Origin: Candidatus Buchananbacteria bacterium
Lineage (GTDB): Bacteria > Patescibacteriota > Patescibacteriia > 2-01-FULL-39-33
Length of the DNA: 64,000 nt
Assembly (NCBI GenBank): GCA_030650095.1
Contig: JAUSEE010000002.1
Coordinates: 6,711-70,710 of the forward strand
Direction of reading: 5' to 3'
Part shown: in pieces, positions 36,367 through 46,585 of the stretch
How positions within the stretch are numbered: the stretch's first letter is position 1
Layout: every line of letters starts with the position of its first letter
Made by a program: the position numbers and the translations under genes
Notes under the pieces: model-generated
What the model was told of the DNA's origin: nothing
The model's database searches: none
Seen by the model: only the letters and a program-made list of their open reading frames with translations

Positions 36367-37722
36367 CTATTCAATATTCAATTCCATAACATTTTCTTTA
36401 TCGGATATGATAAAACTGAAATAAATATTATCGCCCCTGTCGTTAATGGACAAGTTATTTATCTGCCGGCCGGAAAACAATTCAATCATATTTCTTAACT
36501 CTCTGTTGTCCAATTCAATTATTTTTATTTTATCATCGCTAGTGAAGATTATATGCCGGCCCTCGGGGTGCCACAGGGCTTCGCCAATTCCGGCTCCGAT
36601 GCGGGTGATTAATTCCGGCTCTTTTTTAGCTGATTCATAAATCCATATCTCCCAGTTGTTGTAAAAAAGCAAAGTGTCCTGATTCAGCCAAGAAATATCC
36701 TCAGCTTCTTTTTTGACGGTTTTATTTTTTAATTCCGGATCAATAATGAATAATTCTTGCGATTCTTGGTTCATTAAAATCAATTTAGAAAAAATATAAT
36801 TGGAAAAAACACAGCCTTGGCACTTTACTCCGTCGATAATTTCTGGATTTTTGCTTTCAACCAATTTTTGCCTGTAGATGATATCCTTATAAAAATAATA
36901 TATGGTGTCATTATTAAGGATAAAATCATCTACAGCCTTATCAAAAACCAATTTCTTGGCCCTGGTAAATAAGTCAATTTTCCAAATGCCCGAATTATTT
37001 AAGCCGTAAAGCAAATTGTCGTTATTCTGGTCCCATTTTATCAACTTATAATCATTGTCGCTTATGATGGTGGGCTTTATATAGTATCTTTCAGCTTCAA
37101 TTATCAGGTATTCGTTGTTTGATTTTATTAATATCTTTTTGCCGTTATTGGACCAGCTTAATATTTTTGGATTGGCATATTGCCCAGCTTGATAGATATC
37201 ATTGAATTCTTTGGTATCAATGTCTAAGGAAATAACTTTTCTGTCTTCGGTTATAAAAACAATTTTTTTATTGTCAGGCGCCGGCAGCCAATCAATTATC
37301 TGGCGGGCGGCTAATTGAATAGGCAAATTATTTTTCCAAAGTATCACATCCTCGGCAAAAGTGGTGGAGTTTTCTGATATTTGCAATTTTTTGGTCCAAT
37401 CATGGTAGCCTTCTTTTGATAACTTTATTTCATAATCAGCTGGTAAGAGTTTTTCTATTCTGGTTGGTGTCTGATCATTTTCAATTATTTTTCCGTTCAA
37501 ATAAATGTCAGCTTTCTTTGGTATGGAACTGACAATCAAGATGCCGGTTTTTTGGACCTTGCCTCTTTTAAAATTGTAACGGTAGCCCTGGGTGTACAAG
37601 ATTATTAGGGGAGTAACAATTAAAAATATTGTAATAAAAAACAAATAAATCAGCCTTCTAAAGCCCAAATTTTTAGTAGTGATTAATTTTATATTTTTGT
37701 ATTGGCTTTCTTTTTCTTTCAT
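36367..37722 (-). CDS. Membrane-anchored PEGA-domain protein with C-terminal beta-propeller-like region
   Basis: N-terminal TM; GILIVSSIPKKADIYLNGKIIENDQTPTRIEKLLPADYEIKLSKEGYHDW matches the PEGA domain; ends with a TAG stop. Confidence 0.5.
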   Translation of the reverse strand: MKEKESQYKNIKLITTKNLGFRRLIYLFFITIFLIVTPLIILYTQGYRYNFKRGKVQKTGILIVSSIPKKADIYLNGKIIENDQTPTRIEKLLPADYEIKLSKEGYHDWTKKLQISENSTTFAEDVILWKNNLPIQLAARQIIDWLPAPDNKKIVFITEDRKVISLDIDTKEFNDIYQAGQYANPKILSWSNNGKKILIKSNNEYLIIEAERYYIKPTIISDNDYKLIKWDQNNDNLLYGLNNSGIWKIDLFTRAKKLVFDKAVDDFILNNDTIYYFYKDIIYRQKLVESKNPEIIDGVKCQGCVFSNYIFSKLILMNQESQELFIIDPELKNKTVKKEAEDISWLNQDTLLFYNNWEIWIYESAKKEPELITRIGAGIGEALWHPEGRHIIFTSDDKIKIIELDNRELRNMIELFSGRQINNLSINDRGDNIYFSFIISDKENVMELNIE

Positions 37723-37723
37723 T

Positions 37724-38977
37724 TTAATCTTTTATTTTTTCAATTTTAGCGCCTATGGCCCTAAGTCGCGGGACTATATTTTCATAGCCGCGTTCTATTT
37801 GATAAATATTGTCTATGGTGGTTTCCCCTTCAGCGCAGAGGCCGGCAATAATTAGAGCCATGCCGGCTCTAAGATCGGGACTTTCTAATTTTTTACCGTT
37901 AAGCTTGGTTTTGCCGCTTACAATTACTCGATGCGGGTCGCACATGATTATATCGGCGCCCATAGCGTTTAATTTATCGGTATAAAAAAGACGGCCGTCA
38001 AAGATGGTTTCATGAATTAAGCTGCGGCCATTGGCTTGAGTCATTAAAACAGTAAAAGGAGCTTGCAAGTCGGTGGGAAATCCAGGGTATTCATGGGTTT
38101 GTATTTCTGTGCCGCGCAGGTAACTGGTTTTAGTAGTTATATAATCCGGTCCAATCTCCAAATCAGCGCCGGCATTTTTTAAGATAGCCAAAACTGTTTC
38201 CAAATGTTCCGGGCGGCAATCGGTCACTTTTATTTTACTGCCAGTTGCCAGACCCATCATTACAAAAGAACAGGCCTCTATCCTATCAGGCATAAGTTCG
38301 TATATTCCAGCTGATAATCCATCAACTCCTTCAATTATAATTTGCGGTGTTCCGGCTCCGGTTATTTTGGCTCCGCATTTATTTAGATACTGGGCTAAAG
38401 CCGGTATTTCCGGTTCCATGGCGGAGTTGATTATGGTAGTAGTGCCTTGCGCCAAACAAGCGGTCATCATCAAGCTCTCGGTGACAGTTACAGAAACTTT
38501 AGGCAAGACTATCTTAGCGCCGGTTAATTTTTTAGCTTTCAGAGTGAAAGATTCTCCATGATCAAATATTTCCGCTCCCAATGCTTTAAATCCGGACAGG
38601 AATAAATCAATAGGCCTTTTGCCGATTATACAGCCGCCAGGGTGGCTCATAGTGACTTCACCAAATCTGGCTAACAGGGGACCGGCTAACACGATGGAAG
38701 ATCTTAGTTTTTTAATCAGTTGCTGGTCGGGAATTGATTTGGTGATGCCACTCGGATCAATTGTCAAAGTTGAATCATGCCACAATAACTTGGCTCCCAA
38801 ACTCTCTAGTATTTCTGTCATTCTTTTAATATCTTCTATTTGCGGAATATTATTGATTTGGCAGGTGTCCTTAGATAAAACAGAGGCCGCCAGTATTTTA
38901 AGAGCGGCATTTTTAGCGCCAGAAACTTTTATTTCTCCGGACAGGGGATGACTGCCGATTATTTTGTATTTTTCCAT
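37724..38977 (-). CDS. murA: UDP-N-acetylglucosamine 1-carboxyvinyltransferase
   Basis: GAKNAALKILAAS N-terminal signature, 417 aa, EPSP-synthase fold. Confidence 0.9.
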   Translation of the reverse strand: MEKYKIIGSHPLSGEIKVSGAKNAALKILAASVLSKDTCQINNIPQIEDIKRMTEILESLGAKLLWHDSTLTIDPSGITKSIPDQQLIKKLRSSIVLAGPLLARFGEVTMSHPGGCIIGKRPIDLFLSGFKALGAEIFDHGESFTLKAKKLTGAKIVLPKVSVTVTESLMMTACLAQGTTTIINSAMEPEIPALAQYLNKCGAKITGAGTPQIIIEGVDGLSAGIYELMPDRIEACSFVMMGLATGSKIKVTDCRPEHLETVLAILKNAGADLEIGPDYITTKTSYLRGTEIQTHEYPGFPTDLQAPFTVLMTQANGRSLIHETIFDGRLFYTDKLNAMGADIIMCDPHRVIVSGKTKLNGKKLESPDLRAGMALIIAGLCAEGETTIDNIYQIERGYENIVPRLRAIGAKIEKIKD

Positions 38978-39152
38978 TACTACTTAGTAATTTTAAGATT
39001 TATTTTAATATATTATTACATATTTATTAATATTTTAATAGTTGACAGGAATATCAAAATATGACGACTTTATGTTTATTACTTAATATCGCCTTTGTTT
39101 TATCAGCTCTTTTTTGATACAATTATTTGATATGAAATAACATTAATATTAC

Positions 39153-40439
39153 ATGATAAATTTTAAAATTCCTCTGGGTAAGATCAATTCAAAAAACGTG
39201 CCATTTTGGCTTTCTTTTATTTTTGTGCTTGTGTCTTTTACCTTAGGCCTCTTGTTGGGCGGCAATATTTCTCTTCAGAAAGGCAAAGAGATAATAAAAG
39301 GACTGGGTCCTAACGCTACCAGCACTTCATCCGGCATTGTTAAAGATAAGGATGGGGATATACCCGATTATCTTAAAAAAGACGTTGACTTTAATTTGTT
39401 TTGGGATGTCTGGAATATTGTTAAACAAGAAGCTTATGATAAAGATTTGCCGGATACCCAGCTCTTTTATGGAGCCCTGTCGGGCATCGTAGCTTCTCTG
39501 GATGATCCGCATTCTGTTTTTTTTACTCCGGATAACACCAACGACTTTAACGAAGAATTGGATGGAAAATTTGAAGGCATTGGCACGGAGATAGGCATGA
39601 GGAATAATATTTTAACGGTTATAGCTCCACTGGATAATTCACCGGCCTTGCGAGCCGGCTTGCGCCCCAAGGATTTGATTTTGGAAATTGATGGCAATAA
39701 AACAGACAATATGAGCCTTAACAAGGCTGTCAGCCTAATACGCGGCCAGAGCGGCAGCGAAGTGGTTTTGACTGTTTATCGCGACGGCTTTAAAGAGCCC
39801 AAAAAAATCTCGGTTATACGGGAAGCGATAAAAGTAAAAAGCCTGGAGTTTGAATTTAAAAATGACAATATCGCTTACATCAAAATCAGGCAATTCAATT
39901 CCGAAACTGTGCCACTCTTTAATGATGCGGTCATGGAAATACTCAAAAGGCCAAATATTGCCGGCATAATTTTAGATATGCGCTATAATCCAGGCGGTTA
40001 TTTGCAATCAGCCATAGATGTCGCCGGCGAATGGGTTGATGGCGACATAGTTGTCAGGGAAAAAGTGAGAGATGGCGAGGAAATAATACACCGATCTAAC
40101 AAATCAGCTAAGTTGGGCAAATTCAAGACAGTAGTTTTGGTTAATGCCGGCAGCGCTTCCGGTTCGGAAATTGTGGCCGGAGCTCTTCAGGATTTGGATA
40201 AGGCGATTATTTTAGGCACCCAGACATTCGGCAAAGGATCTGTCCAAAAGCTAATCAACTTAAAAGACGGTTCGTCCATTAAACTGACTATCGCCAAATG
40301 GTTTACACCCAGCGGCAATTCCATAGAAGGAGATGGCATTACGCCCGATATTAAGGTAGAAATAACCGACGATGATTACAACACCTACAAAGACCCGCAA
40401 CTTGACAAAGCTATCAGTATAATAACCGGCCAAGAGTAA
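39153..40439 (+). CDS. ctpA: Carboxyl-terminal processing protease (S41) with PDZ domain
   Basis: N-terminal TM, PDZ region, catalytic region VLVNAGSASGSEIVAGALQD...GKGSVQ. Confidence 0.85.
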   Translation: MINFKIPLGKINSKNVPFWLSFIFVLVSFTLGLLLGGNISLQKGKEIIKGLGPNATSTSSGIVKDKDGDIPDYLKKDVDFNLFWDVWNIVKQEAYDKDLPDTQLFYGALSGIVASLDDPHSVFFTPDNTNDFNEELDGKFEGIGTEIGMRNNILTVIAPLDNSPALRAGLRPKDLILEIDGNKTDNMSLNKAVSLIRGQSGSEVVLTVYRDGFKEPKKISVIREAIKVKSLEFEFKNDNIAYIKIRQFNSETVPLFNDAVMEILKRPNIAGIILDMRYNPGGYLQSAIDVAGEWVDGDIVVREKVRDGEEIIHRSNKSAKLGKFKTVVLVNAGSASGSEIVAGALQDLDKAIILGTQTFGKGSVQKLINLKDGSSIKLTIAKWFTPSGNSIEGDGITPDIKVEITDDDYNTYKDPQLDKAISIITGQE

Positions 40440-40504
40440 TTGTATTAATTACTTGGCAAGTGTTATAATGGGAGCAAATTTAATTAAATTGCCTTAGTAA
40501 TTTT

Positions 40505-40945
40505 GTGAAAGTCATATTGCTTAAGAGAATTAAGAGAATCGGCGACATTGGAGATATTAAGGAAGTGGCCGACGGCCATGCCCTTAATTTTCTCATTCCT
40601 CAAAAAATGGCCGAACCGGCAACAGCGGAAAATATCAGCAAGCTTAAAAATCATAAAGAAGAAGCCACCAAAAAAGCGGAAGAGGATTTGATTTTAGCCC
40701 AAAAAAATGCCAAAAAACTCCAGGGGACAGTTATGGAAATAAAAGGCAAGCCCAACAGTGAGGGCCGTCTCTACTCCTCGATTTCCGCTTCGACCATAGT
40801 TGACAAGTTAAAAGAGATGGGAATAAGCATTACCAAAAAACAAGTCAATCTACTAGAGCCCATCAAGGAACTGGGCGAGCATTCGGTATTTATAGTTTTG
40901 GATCATGGCCTGGAAGCCGAAATAAATATTATTGTTAGCGAATGA
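40505..40945 (+). CDS. rplI: 50S ribosomal protein L9
   Basis: GTG start; VKVILLKRIKRIGDIGDIKEVADGHALNFLIPQKMA matches the L9 N-domain. Confidence 0.8.
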   Translation: MKVILLKRIKRIGDIGDIKEVADGHALNFLIPQKMAEPATAENISKLKNHKEEATKKAEEDLILAQKNAKKLQGTVMEIKGKPNSEGRLYSSISASTIVDKLKEMGISITKKQVNLLEPIKELGEHSVFIVLDHGLEAEINIIVSE

Positions 40946-41036
40946 TGATTTAGCACTCTAAAATCCGGTTTTTCAAAATAGGGGCTTCGCCCTCTATTTT
41001 TTTGTTTTTAATGGTTAATAATAAATTAAAATAATT

Positions 41037-42677
41037 ATGGCGGATAGAAAATATATTTTTGTCATTGGCGGGGTAATGTCCGGCGTGGGTAAGGGCATTG
41101 CCAGCGCTTCCATCGGGCTGATACTTCAGGCCAGGGGATTGAAAGTGACGGCGGTAAAAATTGATCCTTATATCAATGTCGATGCCGGAACGATGAATCC
41201 AACCGAACACGGCGAAGTTTATGTTACCAGCGATGGCGATGAAACCGATCAGGATATCGGCAATTATGAAAGATTTTTAAATATCGATATTTACCGCGAT
41301 AATTATATGACTACCGGACGGGTTTATCGTTCTGTCATTGAAAGAGAAAGGAACTTAGAATATGGTGGCAAATGCGTGGAAGTGGTGCCTCACATACCGT
41401 TGGAAGTAATAGGGCGGATAAAGGGCGCCGCCGAAAAAGCCGACGCCGATGTAACTATTGTGGAGGTGGGCGGAACAGTGGGCGAGTACCAAAATATTTT
41501 GTTTTTAGAAGCGGCTAGAATGATGAAATTGAATAACACCGACGATGTCATATCTATCCTGGTTTCCTATTTGCCGGTGCCTTCTAAAATCGGTGAAATG
41601 AAAACCAAACCGACTCAAACGGCGGCTAAGATGCTTAATTCAGCCGGCATTCAGCCTGATTTTATTTTATGCCGGGCCGATCAGCCCATTGATGATCCTA
41701 GAAAAGAAAAAATAGCCATGTTTTGCAATGTCCATAAAGAGGAGATAATCTCTGCTCCTGATGCCGATATTGTTTATGATATACCGCTTAATTTTGAAAA
41801 AGAAAACTTATCCGAAAAGATATTAAAAAAACTTCATTTAGAAATTACTCCGCTAGATTTAAGCCCTTGGCAGAGTTTGATAGAAAAAATAAAAAATACT
41901 AGCGGGAGCATTAAAATAGGTATTATCGGCAAATATTTTGAGACCGGTGATTTCATTTTGTCCGATGCTTATATTTCGGTTATTGAAAGCTTAAAGTACG
42001 CCGCTTGGCATAACGGCTTAAAGCCGGAAATACATTGGCTAAATTCCGATATTTATGATGGCCATGGAGAAAAATTAGAAGAATTAAAAAACTATAATTG
42101 TCTGGTGGTGCCGGGGGGCTTCGGCTCGCGCGGAGTTGAAGGGAAAATCGCGGCTATCAAATATGCCCGAGAAAATAAAATACCGTTTTTAGGCTTATGC
42201 TATGGCATGCAACTCGCTTCCCTAGAATTTGCCCGGCATGTTTGCGGACTAAACGAAGCTCATACCACCGAAATAAATCAGGAAACAACCAACCCGATTA
42301 TCCATATCATGCCAGAGCAAGCCGAAAAATTAGCTAAAAAGCAATACGGCAATACGATGAGATTGGGAAACTACCCTTGTGTTTTAAAGCCTGGATCATT
42401 GGCCGCTAAATTGTATGACAAACTGGAAGTCAACGAAAGGCATCGCCATCGTTATGAATTTAATAATGATTATCGGGATATGATGGAAGAAGCCGGGTTT
42501 ATTGTTTCCGGTACTTCGCCGGACAATCAACTGGTGGAGATTATCGAACTCTCTGAGAATATCCATCCGTTTTTTGTCGCCACACAATTCCATCCCGAAT
42601 TCAAATCCAGGCCGCTTGATCCCCATCCTTTATTTTTAGGCTTGATTAAAGCTGGTTTGAATAGGTTAAGAGCTTAA
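41037..42677 (+). CDS. pyrG: CTP synthase
   Basis: KYIFVIGGVMSGVGKGI N-terminus; glutamine amidotransferase triad region GLCYGMQ. Confidence 0.9.
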   Translation: MADRKYIFVIGGVMSGVGKGIASASIGLILQARGLKVTAVKIDPYINVDAGTMNPTEHGEVYVTSDGDETDQDIGNYERFLNIDIYRDNYMTTGRVYRSVIERERNLEYGGKCVEVVPHIPLEVIGRIKGAAEKADADVTIVEVGGTVGEYQNILFLEAARMMKLNNTDDVISILVSYLPVPSKIGEMKTKPTQTAAKMLNSAGIQPDFILCRADQPIDDPRKEKIAMFCNVHKEEIISAPDADIVYDIPLNFEKENLSEKILKKLHLEITPLDLSPWQSLIEKIKNTSGSIKIGIIGKYFETGDFILSDAYISVIESLKYAAWHNGLKPEIHWLNSDIYDGHGEKLEELKNYNCLVVPGGFGSRGVEGKIAAIKYARENKIPFLGLCYGMQLASLEFARHVCGLNEAHTTEINQETTNPIIHIMPEQAEKLAKKQYGNTMRLGNYPCVLKPGSLAAKLYDKLEVNERHRHRYEFNNDYRDMMEEAGFIVSGTSPDNQLVEIIELSENIHPFFVATQFHPEFKSRPLDPHPLFLGLIKAGLNRLRA

Positions 42678-42678
42678 T

Positions 42679-42722
42679 TTTTCTAAAATAAAAAGACTCC
42701 CTATTGGGAGCCTTTTTATTTT
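42679..42722. terminator. Imperfect bidirectional terminator between pyrG and rpmA
   Basis: aaaagactccctattgggagcctttttatttt. Confidence 0.4.
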
Positions 42723-42725
42723 AGA

Positions 42726-42998
42726 TTATTCAACGCTCACCATTTGAACATTTTCCAACTTGCCGTTGAATTTTTTTACTTTTTTTCTGGTGTATTTTAC
42801 TAAACCATGGCCGGTGGCGAAAATAGAATCATCTTTAGCGATCCTGGTGTTTTTGCCAGGCCTATATCTACTGCCTCTTTGTCTTACGACGATAGCTCCT
42901 GTTTTGGCGCTTTCACCGCCGTATAATTTTATTCCCAGTCTTTGGGAGTTGGAATCTCGGCCCAGCCTAGTACTGCCGCCAGCTTTCTTAGTTGACAT
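42726..42998 (-). CDS. rpmA: 50S ribosomal protein L27
   Basis: MSTKKAGGSTRLGRDSNSQRLGIKLYGGE... typical L27. Confidence 0.8.
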   Translation of the reverse strand: MSTKKAGGSTRLGRDSNSQRLGIKLYGGESAKTGAIVVRQRGSRYRPGKNTRIAKDDSIFATGHGLVKYTRKKVKKFNGKLENVQMVSVE

Positions 42999-43035
42999 AT
43001 TTAACCCTTTTATTTGTTATAAAATTAACAATCAT

Positions 43036-43064
43036 CATTTTAACTTATTTTTAAACAAAAGTCA
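43036..43064 (-). promoter_or_regulatory. Candidate sigma70 promoter of rpmA (TTGACT-17-TAAAAT), -35 overlapping the end of the R2 repeat
   Basis: minus strand reads cTTGACTtttgtttaaaaataagtTAAAATgatg about 30 nt upstream of the rpmA start. Confidence 0.45.
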
Positions 43065-43066
43065 AG

Positions 43067-43206
43067 TTTTATAATGTTGCTGCCCGAATACCACTGGCTT
43101 TTAAGCCAGGGGATGAAGGGCAGTGTGAGTAAAAATACGTCGGCGGAGCCGACACCATCCATTTGAAACCGCCCAGATACCCCGCTCTTTAGAGCGGGGT
43201 CGGGTT
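43067..43206 (-). repeat. R2 structured repeat, minus-orientation copy
   Basis: Reverse complement of copies at 45829 and 47995; contains hairpins ccccgctctttagagcgggg and gtcggcggagccgac. Confidence 0.7.
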
Positions 43207-43251
43207 CATCAGTTATATATAAAAATAAGGCCAACTTGTTAAGTTGACCTT

Positions 43252-43929
43252 TTAATTTGGCCATTCTTGCAGGATGCCATCGGCAAACCCCCAATCAATA
43301 GCTTGCTCAGGAGTAAGAAAGACATCACTTTTCTTTTCCATTTCCCTATTAATCAGAGCGCGTATTTTTTCTTGGCTCCAGCCTTTGAATTTTGGACCAC
43401 CTCTGGCTTTTTCGACGTAAATATCAACCATTGTTTTGGCGCCAAGTTTGATGAAATCGATATTACTTTGAACTGTTCTCAGTTCGCCGCCAAGTTCCAA
43501 TGTTCCCAAATGGAACATAAAATAAGAATTGGGCATCATCAGCCTAATATCTCCGGCTTGGAAAATAATGGAAGACATGCTGCGGGCGTGGGTGTAGGAG
43601 ATTATAGTGACTTGATAAGGCATGGATTTTATGGTATCATAGATAGCCATGCCTTCCTCGTAGATTCCACCGCAAGTATGCAGATGGATTGTTACCGGCT
43701 CGGCAGCTGATTGCCTTCTTAAAATGTGAAGATTTTTAATGACTTTATTAGCCATCATAAATTCTACGCCCGGCTCTATGCCCTGGTAGCTATCGGTATT
43801 CATATCAACACCATGTATCCAAATATCACGATTAACTACATCAATCCAGTGGTTATGAACCTTCTCGACGAAATAAGCGGTTGAAATCGGCACACCAATG
43901 CGATTCCTGCCTTGCCCCATTTCTTTCAC
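43252..43929 (-). CDS. ClpP-family (S14) serine peptidase-like protein
   Basis: GGIYEEGMAIYDTIKSMPYQVTIISYTHARSMSSIIFQAGD resembles the ClpP core around the catalytic Ser. Confidence 0.5.
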   Translation of the reverse strand: MKEMGQGRNRIGVPISTAYFVEKVHNHWIDVVNRDIWIHGVDMNTDSYQGIEPGVEFMMANKVIKNLHILRRQSAAEPVTIHLHTCGGIYEEGMAIYDTIKSMPYQVTIISYTHARSMSSIIFQAGDIRLMMPNSYFMFHLGTLELGGELRTVQSNIDFIKLGAKTMVDIYVEKARGGPKFKGWSQEKIRALINREMEKKSDVFLTPEQAIDWGFADGILQEWPN

Positions 43930-44062
43930 CTCCTCGTTGGTTTTTTAATGTGCGTTAGCCTTAGTAGATTAATTTTATTATATTTTAAGGCATTAATCAA
44001 TATCTACCAATATCTCGCCAATTTGTTATAATTTATCTATTAAATAGTAAGATACAAAAACT

Positions 44063-44869
44063 ATGCTTGGAAAAGTAGTCATGATTTTAACTTTAGCGGT
44101 TTTTTTAACCGGCTGCGGCAGACAGTCGACTTTTGTCAATGTTAATTTACCACTGGAAGACATCAAGCCGTCTGTAAATGGCGTAACGTCAACCGGTGCC
44201 GGTGGAAATAATGTTACCAACACTAATACTAATATTAACAAGAATACCAATGTATCCGCTCCTGTGCCAACTAAGGTAGAAATTCCGGCTAAACTAGAAT
44301 TGAAAGTGGCTTTCGCGCCTCAAGCGCCTTTCGGCAATTGGAACGAATTACATGAAGAGGCCTGCGAGGAAGCTTCCATGATAACAGCGGCTAAATATTT
44401 TTTAAGCCAGCCCTTAACTGAAGCAATAATGGAAGAAGAAATAGCTAAATTGGATGCTTGGGAAAAAAGTAACGGCTATAAGATTGATTTGAGCGCTTCT
44501 CAAACGGCTGCTGTGTTGGAAGCCTATTTTAAGGTGCAGGCCGAAGTGAGTGATGATGTCAGCGTGGACCGGATTAAGTATGAATTAAGCCGCGGCAATT
44601 TAATAATAGTGCCGGCTGCCGGCCGGGAATTGGACAATCCTTATTTTAGAAGTCCAGGACCGATTTATCATATGTTGGTTATCAGAGGATACAATAGCAG
44701 TGAATTTATTGTTAATGAAGTCGGCACAAAAAGAGGCGATGGCTTTAAATATAAGTATCAAACTTTGATCAGCGCTGTTCATGATTGGGATCCTGCTTGG
44801 TCTCATTATGAAGTTATAGGTAGCCAAATGAGCGCCCAACCCAAAAGAATGGTCATAGTTAGTAAGTAG
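44063..44869 (+). CDS. Lipoprotein with C39-like (YvpB-type) cysteine peptidase domain
   Basis: Lipobox LTGC; QAPFGNWNELHEEACEEASMITAAKYF resembles the C39_2 catalytic Cys region. Confidence 0.4.
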   Translation: MLGKVVMILTLAVFLTGCGRQSTFVNVNLPLEDIKPSVNGVTSTGAGGNNVTNTNTNINKNTNVSAPVPTKVEIPAKLELKVAFAPQAPFGNWNELHEEACEEASMITAAKYFLSQPLTEAIMEEEIAKLDAWEKSNGYKIDLSASQTAAVLEAYFKVQAEVSDDVSVDRIKYELSRGNLIIVPAAGRELDNPYFRSPGPIYHMLVIRGYNSSEFIVNEVGTKRGDGFKYKYQTLISAVHDWDPAWSHYEVIGSQMSAQPKRMVIVSK

Positions 44870-45003
44870 CAATATTGGACTTTTAACTTTGACAGCTCAA
44901 GCTTATTTTGCTATGGTATAAATACCAACTAATTTAGTAGGAATTAAATGGAATGTCTTTCTGACTATTTCCAAGTTGCCGGTTTTATCAATAATTTAAT
45001 TTT

Positions 45004-45846
45004 ATGATACCAAGCTTAATCATTGCCCTAAGAGAAACTCTGGAAGCCGCCCTTATTATTGGCATCATCATAGGCTATTTAAATAAAACCGGACAACAAA
45101 AATACAAAAAAATTGTTGCTTTGGCTGTTATTTTAGCGGTTATAGCCAGTGTTATTGGAGCTTTTTTGTTTAATACACTAGCGGGCGGGTTTGAAGGCAG
45201 GGCCGAACAGATATTTGAGGGTATCACTATGGCGATTGGAGCTATCATGCTTACCACTATGATCTTATGGATGATCGGCCATAAAAAAACGGGCCAGGGC
45301 TTAAAAGATCATTTGGCCAGTGGAGCAGTGAATCAGCGCGCAGTAGGATTATTTTTTTTAGTTTTTATTTCAATTTTAAGAGAGGGCATAGAATTAGTTC
45401 TTTTTTTGGGTGTAGCCAGTTTCGTCTCTGGTGGCAATAATCTGCTTGGCGCATTGGCCGGCATAATTTTAGCTGTTATTTTCGGCTACACCATATTTGC
45501 CGGCTTGATGCAAATTGACATTAAAAAGTTTTTTAACATAACCAGCATCTTGCTTGTATTATTCGCCGCCGGTCTGGTAGCTCACGGTATCCATGAGTTT
45601 GAAGAAGCTGGAATTATACCGATTGTTATTGAGCATATTTGGGATATAAATCCGGCTGTAAATGCCGATGGCAGTTATCCGGCTCTTCATGAAGACGGCT
45701 GGCTAGGTGGTATTATGAAAGGGTTATTCGGCTATAATGGCAATCCATCACTTTTGGAATTAATCGGTTATGTCTTATACTTATTAATTATTACCCTAGT
45801 CGGTAAAAAAAATAATCCGGTTTCAATAAACCCGACCCCGCTCTAA
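45004..45846 (+). CDS. FTR1/EfeU-family high-affinity iron permease; C-terminus supplied by R2 repeat
   Basis: Two RExxE motifs (RETLEAAL, REGIELVL), 7 TM; last residues NPTPL-stop lie inside the repeat. Confidence 0.65.
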   Translation: MIPSLIIALRETLEAALIIGIIIGYLNKTGQQKYKKIVALAVILAVIASVIGAFLFNTLAGGFEGRAEQIFEGITMAIGAIMLTTMILWMIGHKKTGQGLKDHLASGAVNQRAVGLFFLVFISILREGIELVLFLGVASFVSGGNNLLGALAGIILAVIFGYTIFAGLMQIDIKKFFNITSILLVLFAAGLVAHGIHEFEEAGIIPIVIEHIWDINPAVNADGSYPALHEDGWLGGIMKGLFGYNGNPSLLELIGYVLYLLIITLVGKKNNPVSINPTPL

Positions 45847-45968
45847 AGAGCGGGGTATCCGGGCGGTTTCAAATGGAGGGTGTCGGCTCCGCCGACGTAT
45901 TTTTCCTCACACTGCCCCCCGTCCCCTGGCTTAAAAGCCAGTGGTATTCGGGCAGCAACATTATAAAA
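45829..45968 (+). repeat. R2 structured repeat, plus-orientation copy
   Basis: aacccgaccccgctctaaagagcggggtatccgggcggtttcaaatggagggtgtcggctccgccgac...ggcttaaaagccag...cagcaacattataaaa. Confidence 0.7.
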
Positions 45969-46039
45969 ACACCTTTATGATTTATGGGCTGAAAAATTGC
46001 CGGCTTAATACGGTGAATAAAAAATTATATTAATAATAT

Positions 46040-46573
46040 ATGATCGAACTAACGCAAGTATTATCAGATGAACACCAAAATATTTTGAAAGTTATCGGAG
46101 CGCTTAAAAAAGAGTGCCAAGCCATAGAAAACGGCCGGCCGGTGGACCAGGAATTTTTTGCCACCGCCATTGATTTTATCAGGAACTACGCTGACAAGTT
46201 TCATCATGCCAAAGAAGAGGACATTTTATTTAAGGCCATGTGCCAAGATGATGTGGCTATGCATTGCAACCCGGTAGATCAAATGTTGCATGAGCATGAT
46301 TTGGGGCGCAATTATGTTAAAAATTTAGAAGAAGGCTTGAATCAAAACAATATTAATGATATTTTAATGAACGCCAGAGGCTACGCCTATTTACTGGAGG
46401 ATCATATTTCCAAAGAGGACAATATTTTATATCCCATGGCCGACCAGGTTTTATCATTGGAAAAACAGCAAGCCATAAAGCGTGATTTTGAAACAGCTGA
46501 AAGTGTTAAATTCGGCCCGGAAGTGAAAGAAAAATATTTGAGCCTAGTTAAGATTTTTGAAGAGAGAATATAA
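46040..46573 (+). CDS. Hemerythrin-like (HHE cation-binding) di-iron protein
   Basis: H-x3-E / HHAKEED / HEHD / HISKED spacing typical of hemerythrin-like domains. Confidence 0.6.
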   Translation: MIELTQVLSDEHQNILKVIGALKKECQAIENGRPVDQEFFATAIDFIRNYADKFHHAKEEDILFKAMCQDDVAMHCNPVDQMLHEHDLGRNYVKNLEEGLNQNNINDILMNARGYAYLLEDHISKEDNILYPMADQVLSLEKQQAIKRDFETAESVKFGPEVKEKYLSLVKIFEERI

Positions 46574-46585
46574 AATCAATGAACC

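Noticed and set aside
43067-43206. tRNA or tmRNA-like gene inside the R2 repeat (contains GGGTCGGGTTCATC and several GC hairpins)
   Set aside because: No cloverleaf can be drawn (no 7-bp acceptor stem with a matching 3' end, no T-loop GTTCRANYC in the right context). Copies occur in both orientations and fused to CDS ends, so they are interpreted as repeat elements.
43040-43294. ORF-track proteins 43040..43294 (-) and 48113..48340 (+) sharing ...QMDGVGSADVF.LTLPFIPWLKSQ.YSGSNIIK
   Set aside because: Both are translations of the R2 repeat itself in the same relative frame. They have no start context and overlap hairpins, so they are treated as spurious.
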